A stretch of 63,760 nucleotides of DNA, filler included. It is 8 parts of 8 records of this genome, joined end to end, with 100 filler letters (N's around TTAATTAATTAA, not from the genome) between each part and the next. Parts side by side here need not be neighbours in the genome. Positions count along the whole stretch, not along the records: positions 9,110 to 16,532 come from SRR31156797_43296; positions 16,633 to 28,921 come from SRR31156797_43315; 6 more parts are not named here. One strand, 5' to 3'. Shown here piece after piece: positions 9,875 through 20,485 of the stretch. The notes beneath the pieces are model-generated. The model saw only the letters and a program-made list of their open reading frames with translations. It did not search any database and was not told the DNA's origin. A program made the position numbers and the translations under genes. Each line of letters opens with the position of its first letter. Within the stretch, counting starts at the first letter, position 1.

Positions 9875-10825
9875 ATGTTATTACAGGTATTATCCACAAA
9901 TGATTTTTTCAATTTTACAGATTTTCTGATAAGCTCAGGAATAAGCCATGCAAGGATACTGGTGGACATGGCAAGGGCAATTGGTGGAATAGCCGCATTT
10001 TTTTACATCTCCAAACGGATCTATGAGCAGTTAATTGCTGACAATCCGGTTTCCCTTCTACCTCTTCTTAGACCATTTGCCTTGGTACTGGTAATTACCT
10101 TCTGGGGAGCTTTTGTCAACTTGTTAATGGTTCCCACAAAAGGGCTGACCAAACTCTCAGAAGCGGTGTATGCGGATAAAAAACACATTGTAAAAGATCG
10201 GCTGGAAGAGAAGCAGCAGGCGATTTTATCCACAGATTTACCCTTATTCTATGAGAATGAAGAAAAGGAAGCTGCCCTTTGGGACAAAGGAGTGAACCTG
10301 ATTCTGACCACATATAATATTATCAGTGGTCGGGCTATTCAAAACCAGATAAATTTTTACCTCATGGATGCTACCCGGCAATTATTGGAATCTTTTTTTG
10401 AAGTGCTGGTTTACCTGATCGCTTTTCTCAGGACAGTGTTCTGTGTTTTGCTGGTCATTTTTGGTCCATTGGTTTTTGCCCTGTCAATTTTTGATGGATT
10501 TCAGGATAACTATATGCAATGGATCGCCCGGTTTATCAATGTGAACCTGTACCTGCCAATTGCCTTGCTCATTTTATCACTGGTGCAGGAGATCCTGATC
10601 TACGTACTTGAATTGGAAATTGCACAGATCAATGCTATGCTCATCTATCAGCCCAAAATGTTTTTTGTTTCTAATCTTATTGTACCCGTCTGTGGGATTA
10701 TAGGAATGGTCATGGTGCCCAAAATTGCCAGCTGGATAATACAGGCATCAGGAACCAATTCAGGTGGAGGAAGGCTGGTTCGTACTGCAGCAGTTATGGC
10801 TATTACCAAAGGGACAATGAAGTAG
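9875..10825 (+). CDS. traJ: Bacteroidota conjugative transposon protein TraJ (VirB6-like)
   Basis: Polytopic membrane protein; PLLRPFA, GPLVFALSIFDGF...QWIARFINV.L.LP, VPKIASWIIQA. Confidence 0.88.
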   Translation: MLLQVLSTNDFFNFTDFLISSGISHARILVDMARAIGGIAAFFYISKRIYEQLIADNPVSLLPLLRPFALVLVITFWGAFVNLLMVPTKGLTKLSEAVYADKKHIVKDRLEEKQQAILSTDLPLFYENEEKEAALWDKGVNLILTTYNIISGRAIQNQINFYLMDATRQLLESFFEVLVYLIAFLRTVFCVLLVIFGPLVFALSIFDGFQDNYMQWIARFINVNLYLPIALLILSLVQEILIYVLELEIAQINAMLIYQPKMFFVSNLIVPVCGIIGMVMVPKIASWIIQASGTNSGGGRLVRTAAVMAITKGTMK

Positions 10826-10846
10826 AATAGTAATAAGCAACAAAGC

Positions 10847-11473
10847 ATGAGAAAACAATTTGATATACAAAGAAAATTCAGGTTTATCGTGTATGTACTC
10901 CTTGTAGTGAGCCTATCGTTGATAGGGGTAAGCAGTTATATTTTTACCCTTTCAACGAAGATGGTGGAGCTATCCAAACAAAAAATATATGTGCTGGACA
11001 ATGGTAAATCTTTATTGGTAGCCTTAAGAGAGGATATCAGTGAGAACAGGGAGGCTGAAGCCAGGGATCATGTAAAGCGGTTTCATGAGTTGTTTTTTAC
11101 CCTTGAACCGGATAAGGCTTATATCGAAAACAATATCAGGGAAGCTTTACATCTGGCAGATCGATCAGCCATGGAACAATACCAGGCTTTCAAGGAAAAC
11201 AACCTGTATAACCGGGTAATCGCATCGGATATCAGCATGACCCTGGAGGCAGATTCAATTAAGCTGGATTTCTCCACATATCCGTACCGCTTCACCTTCA
11301 TTGGAAAGCAGAAGATTGTTCGAAAATCCAACATTACTATCCGTAAGCTTGAATCATCAGGATTTTTACGAAATATCTCCAGAACGGATAACAATCCACA
11401 TGGATTTTTAATGGAAGGCTGGCGAATTGTACAAAACAATGACCTGGAAACTATACGCCGAAAATCCTTTTAA
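10847..11473 (+). CDS. traK: Conjugative transposon protein TraK (VirB8-like)
   Basis: IYVLDNGKSL, EARDHVKRFHELFFTLEPD, RTDNNPHGFLME.W. Confidence 0.92.
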   Translation: MRKQFDIQRKFRFIVYVLLVVSLSLIGVSSYIFTLSTKMVELSKQKIYVLDNGKSLLVALREDISENREAEARDHVKRFHELFFTLEPDKAYIENNIREALHLADRSAMEQYQAFKENNLYNRVIASDISMTLEADSIKLDFSTYPYRFTFIGKQKIVRKSNITIRKLESSGFLRNISRTDNNPHGFLMEGWRIVQNNDLETIRRKSF

Positions 11474-11483
11474 ATCTTTAGCA

Positions 11484-11816
11484 ATGAATAAAAACAAACA
11501 TCAAAATGTATTGAAAGACCACAGCCGTTTTAACCGCTGGGTTTATAACCTGGATGAAAAGGATAAAAGCTTAACACCCTTGGTGCGGAAGAGCAAGTGG
11601 GTGTTGATCTTGGCTACAGTTTTTGTATTGTTTGGGCTCTCGTTTATTGTTTTTCCAATAGCGAAAATTAATCCTGAGACCTTGGAAGCACCTTTGGAGG
11701 CTTCAGAATCAATTCCAACACAAACACCTGCACAATCTGCTTTTGAACTGCCTGTAGATTCATTTGAAAACCACATAAAACTCATAATCCATGAAGGAAT
11801 ACCTGAAAAAGAATAA
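11484..11816 (+). CDS. TraL-position single-TM protein
   Basis: Small single-TM ORF between traK and traM, overlapping the traM start. Confidence 0.55.
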   Translation: MNKNKHQNVLKDHSRFNRWVYNLDEKDKSLTPLVRKSKWVLILATVFVLFGLSFIVFPIAKINPETLEAPLEASESIPTQTPAQSAFELPVDSFENHIKLIIHEGIPEKE

Positions 11817-12936
11817 GTTTTTGTTTGTCCTGCCGCTTGTATTACTGCCTTTTGTTGTATTAATCTTTTACGTTCTTGGAGGTGGAAATCCGAAAGATGG
11901 AGAGCAGCAGGAACAGCTGGAAGGACAAAATACCTCCGGGGCGAATTACATTATCCCCGAAGCAGAAAGATCCATTGAAATTTACGATAAACTTGAAGCC
12001 TATCAAAGGGAAAATATTGTAGCAAAAGTCAATAACCAAGGAGCAAATGACTCCATCCTGTCAAGCAAAATGGATTCTACGAGTTCCGGTGATGAGCTTT
12101 TGCCTTTGCTGGCAAAGCAAAACAATCAATTGCCGGAAAAATTGCTGGCACACATCAAGCAAAAAGAAAAGCAGGTACAAGCCGAATTAAATACAGAGAT
12201 AGCGGAAAAACCAAAACTGGCAGAAAAGACTAAGAAATCTTATCAGCCCAAAATCCAGAAAGGTGTTAATCAGCTTAAACCTCAAAACAAAATTCATTCC
12301 ACAGGAATTGAAGAGCTGGATAAGGTTTTTGATGAAAATATTACTCTAAGCCGGGAGAATGATTCACTGAAGTTTTACCTGCAACAGGCGCGGAATAAAC
12401 TTCAAGTGGTAGAAGCAAAGAAGAACACAGGTTTTGTAGTAGAAAAGCAAAAGCAATCTGGTTTTGATAACGACGATAATAAAAGCCAACTTATTGCTGC
12501 AGAAATTTATGAAACAGCCACAGTCCTGGATGGTAATCGTGTAAAACTTCGCTTGCTGGAAGACACCTACGTTAATGGTGAAAAGATTAAACAAAACACC
12601 TTTGTTTACGGAACCTGTAAAATCAAAAATGAACGTCTGCATATTTCGATCACTAAGATGACCACGACTAAAAATTTTGTACCGGTAAAACTTAGCATCT
12701 ATGATTTGGACGGAATGGAAGGGCTGTATGTCCCCGATAACGTAGCCCGAAAGGTGTACCAGGAAGTAGGTGCAAGTACCAATACTTCATCCCTCTTGGA
12801 CGTAAGTACTGATCCGCTAGCTTATGCCGGGATAAGGGCTGCAGACCGCACTGCACAAACATTGCTCAAAAGAATAAGACTTAAAAAAGTAACTGTCAAA
12901 AAGAACACACTCGTTTATCTCATTAATCAAAAATAA
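11791..12936 (+). CDS. traM: Conjugative transposon protein TraM (VirB10-like)
   Basis: N-terminal TM, coiled coil, C-terminal TVLDGNRVKLRLLED...YDLDGMEGLYVP. Confidence 0.88.
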   Translation: MKEYLKKNKFLFVLPLVLLPFVVLIFYVLGGGNPKDGEQQEQLEGQNTSGANYIIPEAERSIEIYDKLEAYQRENIVAKVNNQGANDSILSSKMDSTSSGDELLPLLAKQNNQLPEKLLAHIKQKEKQVQAELNTEIAEKPKLAEKTKKSYQPKIQKGVNQLKPQNKIHSTGIEELDKVFDENITLSRENDSLKFYLQQARNKLQVVEAKKNTGFVVEKQKQSGFDNDDNKSQLIAAEIYETATVLDGNRVKLRLLEDTYVNGEKIKQNTFVYGTCKIKNERLHISITKMTTTKNFVPVKLSIYDLDGMEGLYVPDNVARKVYQEVGASTNTSSLLDVSTDPLAYAGIRAADRTAQTLLKRIRLKKVTVKKNTLVYLINQK

Positions 12937-12941
12937 ACATC

Positions 12942-13742
12942 ATGAAATATACAATTGTATTATCTGTTTTTATTTTCCTTTCACTAGGAATTTTGGCACA
13001 AAACCAGATTGAAGTTTGCCAAAGTAAAGCCACGCATATTATTGGAAAGGAAAAAATCACATACCTGCAAGTTGGAGACCATAACAAGATTATTGCCGAA
13101 GTTGTGCCAGAACACCCCAATGTGGTCCGGGTAAAAGCTGTGGAAGAATTTAAAGGAGAGTCATCCCTGACACTGGTTAGTGCCAGTAAGCTTTATTCTC
13201 TTTTTGTGGAGTATGACGATTCCGATAATATTTCTTTCAATTTAGAGGATTTTCAAGGTGTAAAATCAGGAAATACAAGAACCGGAACTTTGCCTGAATA
13301 CCTGCTTAAAGAACTAAGTTCTCAGATATTGAACCGTGTTAGTCGGAGAACAGTAAATGAAAAGATTAAAACAGACGGTTTGATATTCCGCCTCAGAAAT
13401 ATCTACCTGAAACATGATGTCCTGCTTTTTGAACTAGAAATTACCAACACCACTAACATTGCTTATGATATTCAGGATTTCTACTGGTGGATTGACGATA
13501 AAAAGGAATTTAAAGCCACCAATGTCCAGGAATACCAGATAGATCCAATCTACCAACATTACAAACTGATTAGCATCCCGGCAAGGACAACACTCCGGGA
13601 GGTTTTTGCAATCCCTAAATTGACCATTCCTGACAAGCGGATTCTTCGCGTGGAAGTGCTGGAAAAAGCCCTTGGCAATACCGGACGAAAACTGAGTCTT
13701 GATATTAAAAACAAACAAATTCTGAAGGCTAAAACTTTCTAA
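12942..13742 (+). CDS. traN: Conjugative transposon protein TraN (DUF4138, VirB9-like)
   Basis: Signal peptide; KATHII...NVVRVKA, LRNIY, N.TNIAYDI, IPKLTIPDKR.L...EK. Confidence 0.85.
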   Translation: MKYTIVLSVFIFLSLGILAQNQIEVCQSKATHIIGKEKITYLQVGDHNKIIAEVVPEHPNVVRVKAVEEFKGESSLTLVSASKLYSLFVEYDDSDNISFNLEDFQGVKSGNTRTGTLPEYLLKELSSQILNRVSRRTVNEKIKTDGLIFRLRNIYLKHDVLLFELEITNTTNIAYDIQDFYWWIDDKKEFKATNVQEYQIDPIYQHYKLISIPARTTLREVFAIPKLTIPDKRILRVEVLEKALGNTGRKLSLDIKNKQILKAKTF

Positions 13743-13752
13743 ACATCCACTG

Positions 13753-15684
13753 ATGCTTAACGAATCCAGGGAATTAAAACGCATGCACGAAAGCTTCAGG
13801 TTCTTTAGCTACCTGTTGCTGTTCCTGACACTTTACATTAGCCAGATAGCTTTTTTCAAGGAAAGAGGATTATCCATTCCTGAATTTGCACCAGTACTGG
13901 ATAAAATACTTCGAATTGAATTCCTGTCGAATGTAGTACTGGCAAAAACAGTATGCCTTGTTTTCCTTGCGATAACCTGCATTGGTACAAAAGCGAAAAA
14001 GGATCGTGACTTGAAGGTAGACACTATTGTTGTCCAGGTCATCATTGGAATCCTTTTTTATTGGGGAGGCTTATTAGTTATTTCAACAGTTGCTTTGGCT
14101 TACTTGCTGCTATCTTTCTTTGGTTTTGTTATCCTGAACATTGCTTTTGATAATATTTCTAAACTCATCAATGTGAACCTGATGAAAGACCGATTCAACG
14201 AGGAGAATGAAAGTTTCCCACAGGAAAGAGCCTATGAAGGTAATGAGTACTCTGTGAATCTGGAGACCATTTACCAATACAGGAAAAAGCAGCATGGGGG
14301 CTGGATAAATGTAATCAATCCTTTTCGGGGAACAATCGTGATCGGCACACCTGGTTCTGGTAAATCCTATTCTGTGGTGCTGCCTTTTATTAAACAACAT
14401 CTGGGAAAAGGTTTTTCCATGTGTGTTTATGACTTTAAGTTTCCTGATTTATCTGCGGTTGTTTACAATCATTTTCTAAAAGCGAAAAAGAAAAATAAAC
14501 TACCCAAAGAAGCTAAGTTCTTCGTAATTAACTTTGATAATATACTGAAGTCTTATCGTTGCAATCCCCTGGCACCGGAACTAATGGAAAGCCCCATTGA
14601 TGCCTTTGAATCTTCCAGGACTGTTCTTTATAACCTGAACAGGGAATGGATCAGAAAACAAGGGGAATTCTTTTCAGAATCAGCGGTTATCTTCTTTGCT
14701 GCTGTAATCTGGTTCTTGAGAAAGTATAAAGAGGGAAAGTATTGCACCTTGCCTCATGCCATTGAATTGCTTCAGTTGGAATACGATGATTTATTTGATG
14801 TGCTTTCCCACGAAAAAGATGTGGTGAATATCATCAATCCTTTCCTTAATGCACATCGAAGGGGAGCCAACGAGCAGTTGGAAGGACAGCTGGGAAGCCT
14901 GAAAATTGCCATTTCCAAAATCATCAGCAAAGAAATCTATTGGATTTGTTCCGGGAATGATTTTTCGCTCGATATTAATAATCCTAGGCATCCTAAAGTT
15001 ATATGTCTTGCCAATAATCCACTTCGTATTGAAATGTACGGGGCGGTGTTATCACTTTTCATTACAAGGATGTTGAAAGTGATCAACCGAAAAGGTCAGC
15101 AAAAGTCCTCTTTGATTTTTGATGAATTGCCAACCATTTATTTCAGGGGATTGGATACCTTGATAGCAACAGCCCGAAGCAATAAAATATCTACCTTACT
15201 GGGAATCCAGACCATTGACCAATTGATCCGTGACTATGGGAAAGAACAAGCTAATGCTATCCTGACAAACATTGGAAATGTTTTTGCCGGACAATCGGTG
15301 GGTGAAACCGCCAAGTTTATTCAGAACCGTATGGGGAAGATCCTCCAGGAGCGACAATCGATTAATATTAACCGAAATGCTCAGTCCACTTCTTTTTCGA
15401 CCCAGATGGATTACCTGGTACCTGAAGGCAAAATTGCCACACTCCCACAAGGGTACATGGTGGGGCAGGTCGCTGATAACTTCGGGCAACAGGTTAGTCA
15501 ACGGAACTTCAACTGCCTGATTGATGTGGATACTCAAAGGATCGATAAGGAAGAACAGCATTATCGGGAAATCCCGAATGTTTACCGATTCGATAATGTC
15601 CAGGAAATATTGGAAAATAATCGCAATCAAATTTGTAACGACATTACCAAAATCCTAATGGATATAACCGGCATACCAGAATAA
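13753..15684 (+). CDS. Type IV coupling protein (Bacteroidota MobC / TraG-VirD4 family)
   Basis: N-terminal TMs; DRFNEENESFPQ, GWINVINPFR, Walker A GTPGSGKS, YDFKFPDL, Walker B IFDELPT, LIATARSNK. Confidence 0.92.
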   Translation: MLNESRELKRMHESFRFFSYLLLFLTLYISQIAFFKERGLSIPEFAPVLDKILRIEFLSNVVLAKTVCLVFLAITCIGTKAKKDRDLKVDTIVVQVIIGILFYWGGLLVISTVALAYLLLSFFGFVILNIAFDNISKLINVNLMKDRFNEENESFPQERAYEGNEYSVNLETIYQYRKKQHGGWINVINPFRGTIVIGTPGSGKSYSVVLPFIKQHLGKGFSMCVYDFKFPDLSAVVYNHFLKAKKKNKLPKEAKFFVINFDNILKSYRCNPLAPELMESPIDAFESSRTVLYNLNREWIRKQGEFFSESAVIFFAAVIWFLRKYKEGKYCTLPHAIELLQLEYDDLFDVLSHEKDVVNIINPFLNAHRRGANEQLEGQLGSLKIAISKIISKEIYWICSGNDFSLDINNPRHPKVICLANNPLRIEMYGAVLSLFITRMLKVINRKGQQKSSLIFDELPTIYFRGLDTLIATARSNKISTLLGIQTIDQLIRDYGKEQANAILTNIGNVFAGQSVGETAKFIQNRMGKILQERQSININRNAQSTSFSTQMDYLVPEGKIATLPQGYMVGQVADNFGQQVSQRNFNCLIDVDTQRIDKEEQHYREIPNVYRFDNVQEILENNRNQICNDITKILMDITGIPE

Positions 15685-15719
15685 TCAATAGTAATTAATC
15701 ACTAAAAATTTAAATTGTT

Positions 15720-16388
15720 ATGGAACAAAGTACACGGATCAAACAGGATGAAATTCCATTTGCCAAATTGGAGAAAGTAGGAGTCAATAAAGATTTTGTT
15801 GATCGTATGGAACCACAGGAGTTAAAATATTTTTTAAATGGATACCGCTCACAAAAGCTTTACACAGTTAATGCTAAAATTAATGATGAACAATTTCGTA
15901 TTCTTGCCAAACTTCGCCTACAAAAAAATGAAGACGGAACAGTGAATGTAAAGATTCATCCAATCCAGCGCCTTCATATCCCTGAAGAGTTTATGGGGCA
16001 TAAGTTTACACAGGAAGAGAGGAATACCCTGTTAAGTGAAAAGAACCTTGGAAAGACCCTTGAATTGAAAGGTAGAGATGGTCAGAAGGATAGTTATTAC
16101 ATGGCTGTTGATCCCAAGACCAATGAGCTGATTCCACTTCGTAAAAAGAACATTAAAGTGCCGGATAAAATTAAAGGGGCTAGTTTATCAGAAGAACAAA
16201 AGCAAAAACTGGCAGCCGGTAAAAAAGTATTTCTGGATAAAATGACAGGTAGGAATGGAAAGAAATTTGGAGCTTCATTACAGGTAGATGCAGCCAATCG
16301 AAGTATCAATTTTTCAGGTTTTAAACAGGAAAAAGAGTTGGAACAAAAACAAGAGAAAACAAAAGGGGCTAAACAAAAAGTGGGGTAG
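15720..16388 (+). CDS. DUF4099/DUF3945-like protein of Bacteroidota conjugative elements
   Basis: IPFAKLEKVG N-terminus; VDPKTNEL, VPDKIKGASLSEEQKQKLAAGKKV...GKKFGASLQVDA. Confidence 0.7.
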   Translation: MEQSTRIKQDEIPFAKLEKVGVNKDFVDRMEPQELKYFLNGYRSQKLYTVNAKINDEQFRILAKLRLQKNEDGTVNVKIHPIQRLHIPEEFMGHKFTQEERNTLLSEKNLGKTLELKGRDGQKDSYYMAVDPKTNELIPLRKKNIKVPDKIKGASLSEEQKQKLAAGKKVFLDKMTGRNGKKFGASLQVDAANRSINFSGFKQEKELEQKQEKTKGAKQKVG

Positions 16389-16489
16389 CCCCATTCCGGT
16401 TGATTTGAATTTGGGAAGGGGAATGGGTAAAACTGTTCCTCTTTCTTTTGCCTTAGAAATGAATATAAAATAAACTGGGGGTGGGGTAT

Positions 16490-16525
16490 GCAAGTTGTGT
16501 TTATGTGGAACATAAACTCTTGTGC
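16490..16525. other. Candidate oriT of the conjugative element
   Basis: GCAAGTTGTGTTT followed by the hairpin GTTTATG-TGGAA-CATAAAC and CTTG; resembles Bacteroides CTn oriT regions (from recall, not aligned). Confidence 0.4.
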
Positions 16526-16532
16526 CTGACCG

Positions 16533-16632
16533 NNNNNNNNNNNNNNNNNNNNNNNNNNNNNNNNNNNNNNNNNNNNTTAATTAATTAANNNNNNNNNNNN
16601 NNNNNNNNNNNNNNNNNNNNNNNNNNNNNNNN
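16533..16632. other. Artificial contig linker
   Basis: N-run/TTAATTAATTAA/N-run. Confidence 0.99.
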
Positions 16633-17881
16633 CAAGGGTGCCGATGGCCTCCATTTTCTGGGTCTGCTGCAATTTAATTTCCAGATCCAGACGTTCTTCC
16701 TGGGCCCGCTGCATCTCGGTGATATCATCAATTAATACGACCGCGGACGTCACGCGGTCTTCTTCATCTTTGACGGGCGTTGAAATGATCCTCAGATATT
16801 TGCAGTCCGGCTCATCTCCGGTTTTCATGGTCGATTTGTGAACGAGACCGTCCTTGAAGGTTTCAACCGCCGGACAGGATTCACAGGGTCTTCTACGGGA
16901 AGGCCCATGGAAAGATTTAAAACAGATGGGGTTTTGTTCCATATCCAGGTCCGGATGCCATTTTTCCATCTGGTTATTAACAGAGCGCACCTTCATATCG
17001 GTGTCGATAATGACAATCCCAATTCCGATATGGTCAACGATGTTCTTGTATTTGGCTTCACTTGCCTTCAGCGCAGCATAACCCCGTTTCATTTCATTGC
17101 TGTGGAATGCGTTTTCAATCACCGAAGGCAGTTTGAACAGATACCCCCTGTTCTTGATCACGTAATCAAACGCCCCGAGCTTCAGGGCATTAACGGCAAT
17201 CTCTTCATCACCTTTTCCGGTAACCATCACCACGGGAATTTTCAAACCCCTTTTGAGCCGGATCCGGTTCAAAATTTCCATGGCGTTTTCCATGGGCAGC
17301 CGGTAGTCAATCAACAATACATCATACCCGGAAAACGGGTCGGTTCCCTGAAGCATCCCGTAGAAGTCCGAAACGCTGTAAACGGGCACCACATGAATAT
17401 GCGGCGCATGTTTTTTAAAATGCCGGAGGGTTAAATCCACGTCAACCTGGTTATGCTCCATATAAAGGACATTCAAGGAATGCACCGTTGAAACATTCCC
17501 CTTGCGATGGGATAACAAGGCATTTTCAAGTATTAACGGTAACTTTTCCAGATATCCGGTTTTCTTGATCACGTAGTCATCGGCGCCCGCCTTTAAAGCC
17601 GCCACGGCCGTTTCTTCATCACCCTGCCCCGTGAGCACCACCACCGCAACGGGAAGTGAATGCCCCCGGATATGGCTTAACAGGGCGATTCCGTCGCCAT
17701 CCGGTAGCCGCATATCCGTCAGCACCAGATCATAGTCTGAAAAATCCGTTCCCTTGAATGTTTCAAGAGCCTCTTTCAGGGAACCCACCGCATCAATATG
17801 AAGCTGCGGTGCCGACTTTTTTAACGCAAGCCGCGTCAGTTCAATGTCCAGGGGGTTGTCTTCCACATAGAGGATTTTCAT
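16633..17881 (-). CDS. Hybrid signalling protein REC-REC-PAS-(HisKA), 3'-truncated
   Basis: Two receiver domains (LVLTDMRLPDG; LLIDYRLP), a PAS domain, then QTQKMEAIGTL at the contig end. Confidence 0.88.
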
Positions 17882-17885
17882 CCCG

Positions 17886-18320
17886 TTACCTCGGCAGGGT
17901 CGTGATTTCCAGCCAGAACGCCTCAATCTGGGAAACCACACCCATGAAGTTATCAAAATCGACCGGCTTTACAATATATGAATTGGCGCCCAGCTCATAT
18001 GCCTTGGCGATATCCCGGTCTTCCGAGGAAGAGGTGAGCACCACCGTGGGGATGACCTTGTACCGGGGATGTTCTTTGAAGGTTCGCAAAACCTCCAATC
18101 CATCGACTTTAGGGAGTTTCAAATCCAACAGGATGATCAGGGGCACCAGCTCACCCGCTTCCCAGCGCTGAATCCAGCCGAGGGCCTCCTCTCCGTCCCG
18201 GGCAACCTCGATGGGATGCAGCAGATGGCGTTTTTGAAATGCCCTGATGGTCAAATCCACATCCATGGGGTTGTCTTCCACCAGTAAAATGGGTCGATGG
18301 CTCTCCAGGTCCTTTTCCAT
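17886..18320 (-). CDS. Single-domain response regulator (Rcp1-like)
   Basis: ILLVEDNP.D, ILLDLKLPKVDG, VLTSS, GANSYIVKP. Confidence 0.93.
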   Translation of the reverse strand: MEKDLESHRPILLVEDNPMDVDLTIRAFQKRHLLHPIEVARDGEEALGWIQRWEAGELVPLIILLDLKLPKVDGLEVLRTFKEHPRYKVIPTVVLTSSSEDRDIAKAYELGANSYIVKPVDFDNFMGVVSQIEAFWLEITTLPR

Positions 18321-18323
18321 GGA

Positions 18324-20066
18324 TCATCCTTTCACCTTGGCGTTGTTGTTGCTTTTGGGTAACTGCAGGTAGAAAGTCGCCCCTTTTTTCAGGACACTTT
18401 CAACCCAAACCTTTCCCCCCATCCGATCCACGGCTTTTTTAACGATGGCCAGGCCCACGCCGGTACCCGGGTAGTCTTCGGCGCGGTGAAGCCGCTGAAA
18501 AATACCGAATATGCGATCCTGGTATTTGGGTGCCAAACCGATACCGTTGTCCTTGACCCACAGGGTCCAGTTCTCATCCGTCTCACTGCCGCCGATTTCG
18601 ATGGCCGGATCCGAAACATCCCGGGTAAATTTGGCGGCGTTATCCAGCAGATTCCCCAGGACCTGGCGCATACTTTTATCATCGCACAAAACAGCGTCAA
18701 AGGGTACATTTTGGGTCAAACGGATGCCCCGTGTCTTCAGTTCATGCCCCCTTTCCTGAACCAGAACGTCGATCATGGATGGGATATTCGTTCTAACCAA
18801 TTGAATCTCACGCCGTTCCATGCGTGAATAGGTCAGCAGGTCCTCGATCAATTGGTTCATCTGTTCAGCCGAAAGACGGACATTCTTAAGAAAGCGGATC
18901 CCCTCTTCATCCAGTTTATCCGCATATTCCTCCATCAGCAGTCGACTGTAGCCGTCAATCCCCCTGAGCGGTGCTTTGAGATCATGGCTGACCGAATAGG
19001 TAAACGTCTTCAGTTCCTTGTTCTTGGCCTCAAGCGCCGCCGTGCGTTCCGCAACCAGAAGCTCCAGATGTTCCCGGTAACTCCGAAGCTCATTTTCAGC
19101 ATTAACGCGGTCGGTGATATTGAGCCCCAGGGACATGGCCCCCGAAATATTCCCATGGGTATCCCGCAAAACGGCATGGTTCCATTCACACCAGATGACA
19201 TTTCCACTTTTGGTGACATTGCGATGAACAACACGCTTCTGAATCTTTCCCTTCAGAAGATCGGCCACGACCCGTTCAACCAACTCCAGGTCCATATCCG
19301 GAATGATCAGATCGAAAAAATTCTTTCCGGCGACTTCCCGGCGGGTCCATTCAAAGATTTTTTCAGCCTGATCATTCCACTCCATGATCTCACAGCGGCC
19401 GTTCCACACCACGAATCCCAGAGGCGCGGTTTCATAAACGCGTCGGTACCGCTCCCGGCTTTCTTTCAGATCAGCCTCTGCCTGGTGCCGGTCCGTCAAT
19501 GTGCGGGCAAGGATAATGGCCCAAAAGGATGCGATAAAAATGGCCAGCAGCAGCAATCCAAATGTAAACTGAAGCGTACGACGGTATGCGCTACGGATTC
19601 TCTCTTCCGACTTTTCCCTTACCATCCGGGACAGTGCCCCGAGCTTTGAAACCAACGCTTCATCAAGAATCTTGGAATCGCCGTTGATTAACTCCCGGGC
19701 GGTCCTGACACTGAAATCATAGTGCAGCCGAATGATTTTCCCATAAATTTCAAGGCTGCTTTCAATTGTTTTCCTGTCAAGCCCCTCTTCAAGGAGTGCT
19801 TTTTCAAGGGATGTTGATTCCGCCTTGAACTTTGCGTTCAGAAAATCCATTTGCGCCGGGTTCATGGTCCCCAGAATCTCGAATACCAGCAGCCGTATGC
19901 CGGCCAGCCTCAGCCTGATGTCGTTGAGGTGGAGCCTGTGTTCATACGCTTGGGCCTGGGTCACCGATATAACCCTGATGTTATGGTAGGCGACAACGCC
20001 CTGAATGGCCAGCAAAAGGATAATACAGAAAAATGCAAGGCTGAGCCGTGTTTCCATGCTCTTCAT
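18324..20066 (-). CDS. Membrane PAS sensor histidine kinase (Cph1-like HisKA/HATPase)
   Basis: Two TMs, PAS, FTYSVSHDLKAPLR H-box, NLLDNA, DNGIG, GTGVGL. Confidence 0.93.
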   Translation of the reverse strand: MKSMETRLSLAFFCIILLLAIQGVVAYHNIRVISVTQAQAYEHRLHLNDIRLRLAGIRLLVFEILGTMNPAQMDFLNAKFKAESTSLEKALLEEGLDRKTIESSLEIYGKIIRLHYDFSVRTARELINGDSKILDEALVSKLGALSRMVREKSEERIRSAYRRTLQFTFGLLLLAIFIASFWAIILARTLTDRHQAEADLKESRERYRRVYETAPLGFVVWNGRCEIMEWNDQAEKIFEWTRREVAGKNFFDLIIPDMDLELVERVVADLLKGKIQKRVVHRNVTKSGNVIWCEWNHAVLRDTHGNISGAMSLGLNITDRVNAENELRSYREHLELLVAERTAALEAKNKELKTFTYSVSHDLKAPLRGIDGYSRLLMEEYADKLDEEGIRFLKNVRLSAEQMNQLIEDLLTYSRMERREIQLVRTNIPSMIDVLVQERGHELKTRGIRLTQNVPFDAVLCDDKSMRQVLGNLLDNAAKFTRDVSDPAIEIGGSETDENWTLWVKDNGIGLAPKYQDRIFGIFQRLHRAEDYPGTGVGLAIVKKAVDRMGGKVWVESVLKKGATFYLQLPKSNNNAKVKG

Positions 20067-20350
20067 GGGCAGGTCTCAAAAAGCATGGAATTCACTTTGG
20101 TGATGAACTGCGCGCTCAGGTCACGGGGATTGATTTCCACAATTCTGAAATCGGATGTCTTCAGGTGGATGGTTTCAAGGTAACGATTTAAAAAAAACAG
20201 GGAGGAGGGCTTGTGAATAAAAACCCCGATGACACCGCCCACATGGTTTTCCAGACGGCACCCTTTTTGAATGATAATGTTATCTCCCCCATGGGACCAA
20301 TTGGTTTCCGCAAGGGATCCCACCATATTCATAAGGATATGTCGATCCAT
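20063..20350 (-). pseudogene. Possible remnant of an ABC (NitT/TauT/THI5-like) substrate-binding protein gene
   Basis: AETNWSHGGD.III...IGVF...SLFFLNRYL resembles the middle of such proteins; no signal peptide and only 95 aa. Confidence 0.35.
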
Positions 20351-20485
20351 TGAAGTCGGTCCATATCTGTTTCCAAATCATGAATCATCTTCATTTATCG
20401 GTATTATTATCCAACACGACCCATCGGCATGTAAAGCATAAAGATCTCGACACATCCCGCAGACACCACTTTCAACGGCATTTTT

